Shown: positions 60,397 through 64,000 of the stretch, piece after piece | How positions within the stretch are numbered: position 1 is the first letter of the stretch | How the letters are laid out: the number at the start of each line of letters is the position of its first letter | NCBI GenBank assembly: GCA_965248925.1 | Contig: CBDFLE010000006.1 | Coordinates: forward strand, 5,120,001-5,184,000 | From: Candidatus Multivoradales bacterium | Lineage (GTDB): Bacteria; Acidobacteriota; Thermoanaerobaculia; Multivoradales; J023 | Length of the DNA: 64,000 nt | Direction of reading: 5' to 3' | Made by a program: the position numbers and the translations under genes | Notes under the pieces: model-generated | The model's database searches: none | What the model saw: only the letters and a program-made list of their open reading frames with translations | Told to the model about the DNA's origin: nothing

Positions 60397-63300
60397 AGAA
60401 TCGCAATCTGGAAGATATCTACCCGCTTTCACCTCTACAGGAGAGCTTGCTCTACCACCTCTTGGCGCTTCCCGGCTCGGCGGTGGGTTTCGAGCAGAAG
60501 AGCACCATCCTGCGGGGGGAGCTAGACCTGGATGCTTTTGCGGAGGCCTGGCGGCAGGTAGTGCGGCGCCATCCAACCCTGCGCACGGTGTTTGTCTGGG
60601 AAGGGTTGGCGCGGCCGATGCAGGTAGTGTGCAAGCGGGTAGAACTCGCCCTTGAACGGCACGATTGGTCGGCGTCTTCGACCGACCGCCAGGTTACCGA
60701 CCTAGAGGCATTTTTGGACGCCGATCAGCGCCGCGGTTTCGATTTGAGGCGGGCGCCTTTGATGCGTCTGGCGTTGATCGATCTCGGCGAGCAAACCTGG
60801 CGCTTGGTGTGGAGCTACCACCACCTACTGATCGACGCTTGGTGCCGTTCACTGGTGCTGGACGAAGTCGCGGCGCTCTACAGCGGACTGCGCGTTGGCC
60901 AGCAGCCGACTTTACCGCCGCGGCGTCCGTTTCGCGACTATATGGCGTGGCTGGCGCGGCAAGACGAAGCGGCGGCGGCGGCTTTCTGGCGTCGTAGCCT
61001 GGCCGCGGTAGGGGAGCCTACCCGCCTACGCCTCGAAGGTGTCGACCCGGCGGTCGATCGAGAGGTTGGGTACCAAGGCCGTGACCGCTACCTGGCGAGC
61101 GAGTGTAGCGCTGTAGTAGGGGCTGGGGCCAAGCGCTTGGGAATCACCCTCGGCAGTCTGGTGCAGGGAGCTTGGGCGATCTTGCTGGGTCGCTACAGTG
61201 GACTCTCAAAAGTGATTTTCGGTGCGACGGTTTCTGGTAGACCACCGGATTTGCCAGGTGTCGAGAACCTAGTCGGCATGTTGATCAACAATCTGCCGGT
61301 GGCGTTGCAGATCGACGATGCGCAGCCGGTTGGCGGCTGGCTATCGGAGCTACAGCGCCAGGTCGCCGAGTTGCGCACCTATCAGCATTGCTCGCCAGCG
61401 CAGATTCTTGAATGGAGCGGTCGCCCAGCTGGTCAACGCTTGTTCGACACCTTGCTGCTGTTTCAGAACGCTCCCCAGGACAGCTTGGGTGAGCCCGCCG
61501 ATGACGACTCGGCTGCGGGGTCGGCGGCGGCCGAACTTGAGATCAGCGACTACCGCAGCCGGCTGGAAACCGGCTACCCTTTGACATTGGTGGTGGTGCC
61601 CGGCGAGCGCATGCTGCTGCGAGCCTTCTTCGACGCCAGCCGTTACTCCGCTACCGCGATGGAGCGCTTGCTCGGTCACCTGGAGAATCTGTTGGTCGGC
61701 TTGATCGGCGATCCGAAACGGCCGCTCGGCGAGCTCGAGATGCTTTGGCCAGAGGAGCAGCAGTGGCTGTTGCAGGACTGTGAAAGCGGCCTGGGAGATT
61801 TCGGGCGCCTTGACCGAGCCTACCTACTAGACGACCTGCGACGGCCGGTGGCGGCTGGGTTGCCCGGCGATCTCTGGCTCGCCGGCAGTGGTGTTGTGCC
61901 GGTGCCTGAGGGCACCGCGGTGGCGCCCGATCCGTTCCGCGAATCGCCCACCGCTCAGATGTGGCAGAGCGGCTATTCCGCGCGCCGCTTGGCCGCAGGT
62001 GAGCTCGAGACGCTGGGGCCCAGCCAACGACGGGTCGAAGTCGCCGGCCAACGGATCCGAGTAGGGGAGATAGAGGCCGCTCTGCGGCGCGATCCGGAAG
62101 TTGGGGAAGTTCTCGTCAAGCGTTGGCGCACGGCTCGTGGTGTCGACTATTGGCTGGCTTACGTGGAGCCTGCGCCAGCGGCCGGATTGGATGTTCCGCG
62201 CTTGCGCCAGACTGCCGAGCGCCTGCTGCCGCGTCACCTCTTGCCAGCGTTCTTCGTCGAGTTGACGCCGCTGCCTCGGGACTCAGCGGGCAGACTCGAT
62301 GAGGACCGGCTGCCGGCTCCCGAGAGCCTCACCGATCGCTTGCACGCTGGTTTTGTGCCGCCGGAAACACCGCTGCAGCTTCGCTTGGTGCGGATTTGGG
62401 AAGAGACCTTCGGGCTCACCCCGATCGGAATTCGGGATGACTTCTTTGCCCTCGGCGGGCATTCGGCGCTGGCGGTGCTGTTAATGACCCGGATTCGCGC
62501 GGAGTTTGGCGACCTGCTACCGCTCAACGCATTGCTCGAGGCTGGCACAGTGGAGAGGCTGGCCGGGGTGATCGGCCGGCCCGCCGAAGATCGAGAACCC
62601 AGTAGCTTGGTTGCCATCCAGGCGGCTGGCTCGCGAACGCCGCTGTTCGTGGTCCATCCCGGCGGTGGTGGGGTGCTGTGCTACACCGACCTGGCCTACT
62701 GCCTGGGCGCCGACCAGCCGGTGCTTGGCCTACAGGCTCCGGGCTGGGCCGATTCCCGTGCCCCGTTCACCACTGTCGAGGAACTCGCCGAACTCTACGT
62801 CGAGCTAATTCACCACCGGCTGCCGGACGGGCCGTACCGGTTGGCGGGCTGGTCGTTCGGCGGACTAGTGGCGTATGAAGTAGCGCTGCGATTGGCGGAT
62901 GCCGGGCAGCCCCCAGATCTGCTGGCGGTACTCGATGCCGGGCGGCGAGATGAAGTCGAGGTGCTGAGCGAAAGCGAAATCTTGATGCGTTTCCTCGAGT
63001 CTGTTCCGCGGCTCGCCGAGCAACTGAGCGCGAGCGAACTGGCGGCGATTGGTGACCTCGATGCACAGATCGCCCATGCGTTAGCCATTGCCAGGCAAAA
63101 CGGAGTGTTACCGCCGCACTTCGACGTCGAGGAGGCGCGGCGCCTATTTACGGTCCGGCGGGCCTGCATCCGGGCCGCCGAGGTCTACTTACCGGGAAAC
63201 CTTGATGGCTCGATAGAGTTGTTTGTCTCGCGCGAGTTTCGCGATGGTTTCGGCGATCCGGAACTCGGCTGGCGGTCCTGGGTGGAGGGAGAGATCGTTG

Positions 63301-63470
63301 TCCATGAGCTGGATTCGAGCCATGCGGAAATGGTCCAGCGACCTTGGATCGAAGGGTTGGCGAAAATCCTGGGGAGCAGACTTCGTGACCTTGAACAGCA
63401 AACTGGAGGCCGCGTGGATCAGCAACTGATTGTGGCTGGAAGTAGCAAAAAGCGAGGAGTAAGAGATTGA
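60393..63470 (+). CDS. NRPS7 termination protein, about 1025 aa: C(DCL-type)-vestigial A fragment-T-TE
   Basis: TTG 60393 overlaps the NRPS6 stop (TTGA) with GGAGG at 60381-60385. N-terminus KNRNLEDIYPLSPLQ, with WSYHHLLIDAWC (DCL-like). T motif FFALGGHSAL. TE motifs HPGGG, GWSFGG and a C-terminal His (SHAEM). Confidence 0.93.
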   Translation: MKNRNLEDIYPLSPLQESLLYHLLALPGSAVGFEQKSTILRGELDLDAFAEAWRQVVRRHPTLRTVFVWEGLARPMQVVCKRVELALERHDWSASSTDRQVTDLEAFLDADQRRGFDLRRAPLMRLALIDLGEQTWRLVWSYHHLLIDAWCRSLVLDEVAALYSGLRVGQQPTLPPRRPFRDYMAWLARQDEAAAAAFWRRSLAAVGEPTRLRLEGVDPAVDREVGYQGRDRYLASECSAVVGAGAKRLGITLGSLVQGAWAILLGRYSGLSKVIFGATVSGRPPDLPGVENLVGMLINNLPVALQIDDAQPVGGWLSELQRQVAELRTYQHCSPAQILEWSGRPAGQRLFDTLLLFQNAPQDSLGEPADDDSAAGSAAAELEISDYRSRLETGYPLTLVVVPGERMLLRAFFDASRYSATAMERLLGHLENLLVGLIGDPKRPLGELEMLWPEEQQWLLQDCESGLGDFGRLDRAYLLDDLRRPVAAGLPGDLWLAGSGVVPVPEGTAVAPDPFRESPTAQMWQSGYSARRLAAGELETLGPSQRRVEVAGQRIRVGEIEAALRRDPEVGEVLVKRWRTARGVDYWLAYVEPAPAAGLDVPRLRQTAERLLPRHLLPAFFVELTPLPRDSAGRLDEDRLPAPESLTDRLHAGFVPPETPLQLRLVRIWEETFGLTPIGIRDDFFALGGHSALAVLLMTRIRAEFGDLLPLNALLEAGTVERLAGVIGRPAEDREPSSLVAIQAAGSRTPLFVVHPGGGGVLCYTDLAYCLGADQPVLGLQAPGWADSRAPFTTVEELAELYVELIHHRLPDGPYRLAGWSFGGLVAYEVALRLADAGQPPDLLAVLDAGRRDEVEVLSESEILMRFLESVPRLAEQLSASELAAIGDLDAQIAHALAIARQNGVLPPHFDVEEARRLFTVRRACIRAAEVYLPGNLDGSIELFVSREFRDGFGDPELGWRSWVEGEIVVHELDSSHAEMVQRPWIEGLAKILGSRLRDLEQQTGGRVDQQLIVAGSSKKRGVRD

Positions 63471-64000
63471 TCGGGATCTTCAAACTATTGTCTTTCCTGG
63501 TGCGCTGCGCGCGCAGTCTGCGGTTCTCCAGATGGTTGATCGCCATTGTCATCGCCACTGGTGTCATCAGTGGCCTGGCCAGTGCTGGATTCGTCGGCGT
63601 GATCAACGAGGTGGTCCATGCCGACCCGGCGGACCAGGCTGTAAGGCAGCGCCATCTATGGATCTTCGTCGGTCTTTGCCTGGCTCTCCCAATCTTTCGC
63701 TTCGCCTCGACGGTGTTGCTACAAAGACTGGTTCAGCGAGTTCTCTACGACCTCAGACTGCGACTCTGCCGCCAAGTCATGGCGGCACCTTTGAGTGACC
63801 TGGAGCAGATCGGCCCGGGTCGTCTGCTGGCCACGTTAACTCAGGATATCGATACCATTGTCGGCTCATTCGGCAATATTCCGATGCTGATTCTGCAAGC
63901 CACGGTAGTCATCGGCTGTCTGAGCTACTTGGGCTACCTGTCGCCGGTTTTGCTGCTGATGGTGTTGGCATTCGTGGTCATCGGTGTGGTGAGCTATCAA
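63467..64000 (+). CDS. Cyclic peptide export ABC transporter, PvdE/SyrD/YojI family, N-terminal membrane domain (partial, missing from the ORF track)
   Basis: TTG 63467 overlaps the NRPS7 stop (TTGA) with GAGGAG upstream. The frame stays open to the window end: MIGIFKLLSFL...IATGVISGLASAGFVGVINE...LRLRLCRQVMAAPLSDLEQIGPGRLLATLTQDID...GCLSYLGYLSP. Hydrophobic helices and motifs are typical of this family. Confidence 0.85.
   Translation, partial: MIGIFKLLSFLVRCARSLRFSRWLIAIVIATGVISGLASAGFVGVINEVVHADPADQAVRQRHLWIFVGLCLALPIFRFASTVLLQRLVQRVLYDLRLRLCRQVMAAPLSDLEQIGPGRLLATLTQDIDTIVGSFGNIPMLILQATVVIGCLSYLGYLSPVLLLMVLAFVVIGVVSYQ

Noticed and set aside
63532-63798. 88-aa His/Cys-rich ORF resembling a small precursor peptide
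   Set aside because: It is an out-of-frame shadow of the ABC transporter gene starting at 63467.

Overview
The whole window is one co-directional (+ strand), tightly coupled part of a giant nonribosomal peptide synthetase (NRPS) cluster in a high-GC bacterium. It starts in the last T domain of an upstream NRPS and continues through seven NRPS genes. These carry 16 complete A-domain modules plus a terminal C-(vestigial A)-T-TE. The window ends in a PvdE/SyrD-type cyclic-peptide ABC exporter. Specificity codes read by eye against GrsA-PheA give a colinear core of ...Ala-Lys/Orn-like-Thr(->Dhb)-Cys-Thr-X-Gln*-Leu-Thr(->Dhb)-hydrophobic-Ala-Lys-Y-Asn-Asp*-D-Asp* (* = module begins with an interface (I) domain, so probably beta-hydroxylated). 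Four things stand out. (1) An MIO-dependent, histidine-ammonia-lyase-like gene sits between the C and A domains of one module, and that A domain has an unrecognisable pocket, so this may be a new aminomutase/beta-amino-acid extender system. (2) There are three interface domains but only one fused TauD-like beta-hydroxylase, and one interface domain sits on a Gln-type module. (3) There are two dehydrating-type (modAA) C domains, one coupling Dhb to a Cys module that has no cyclisation domain. (4) The termination module keeps only a relic A domain. The product looks like a long, mostly L-configured dehydro-/beta-hydroxy-peptide with a metal-binding C-terminus. No RNA genes, CRISPR arrays or mobile elements were seen. 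Domain boundaries are approximate, and all substrate calls are manual, not computed.
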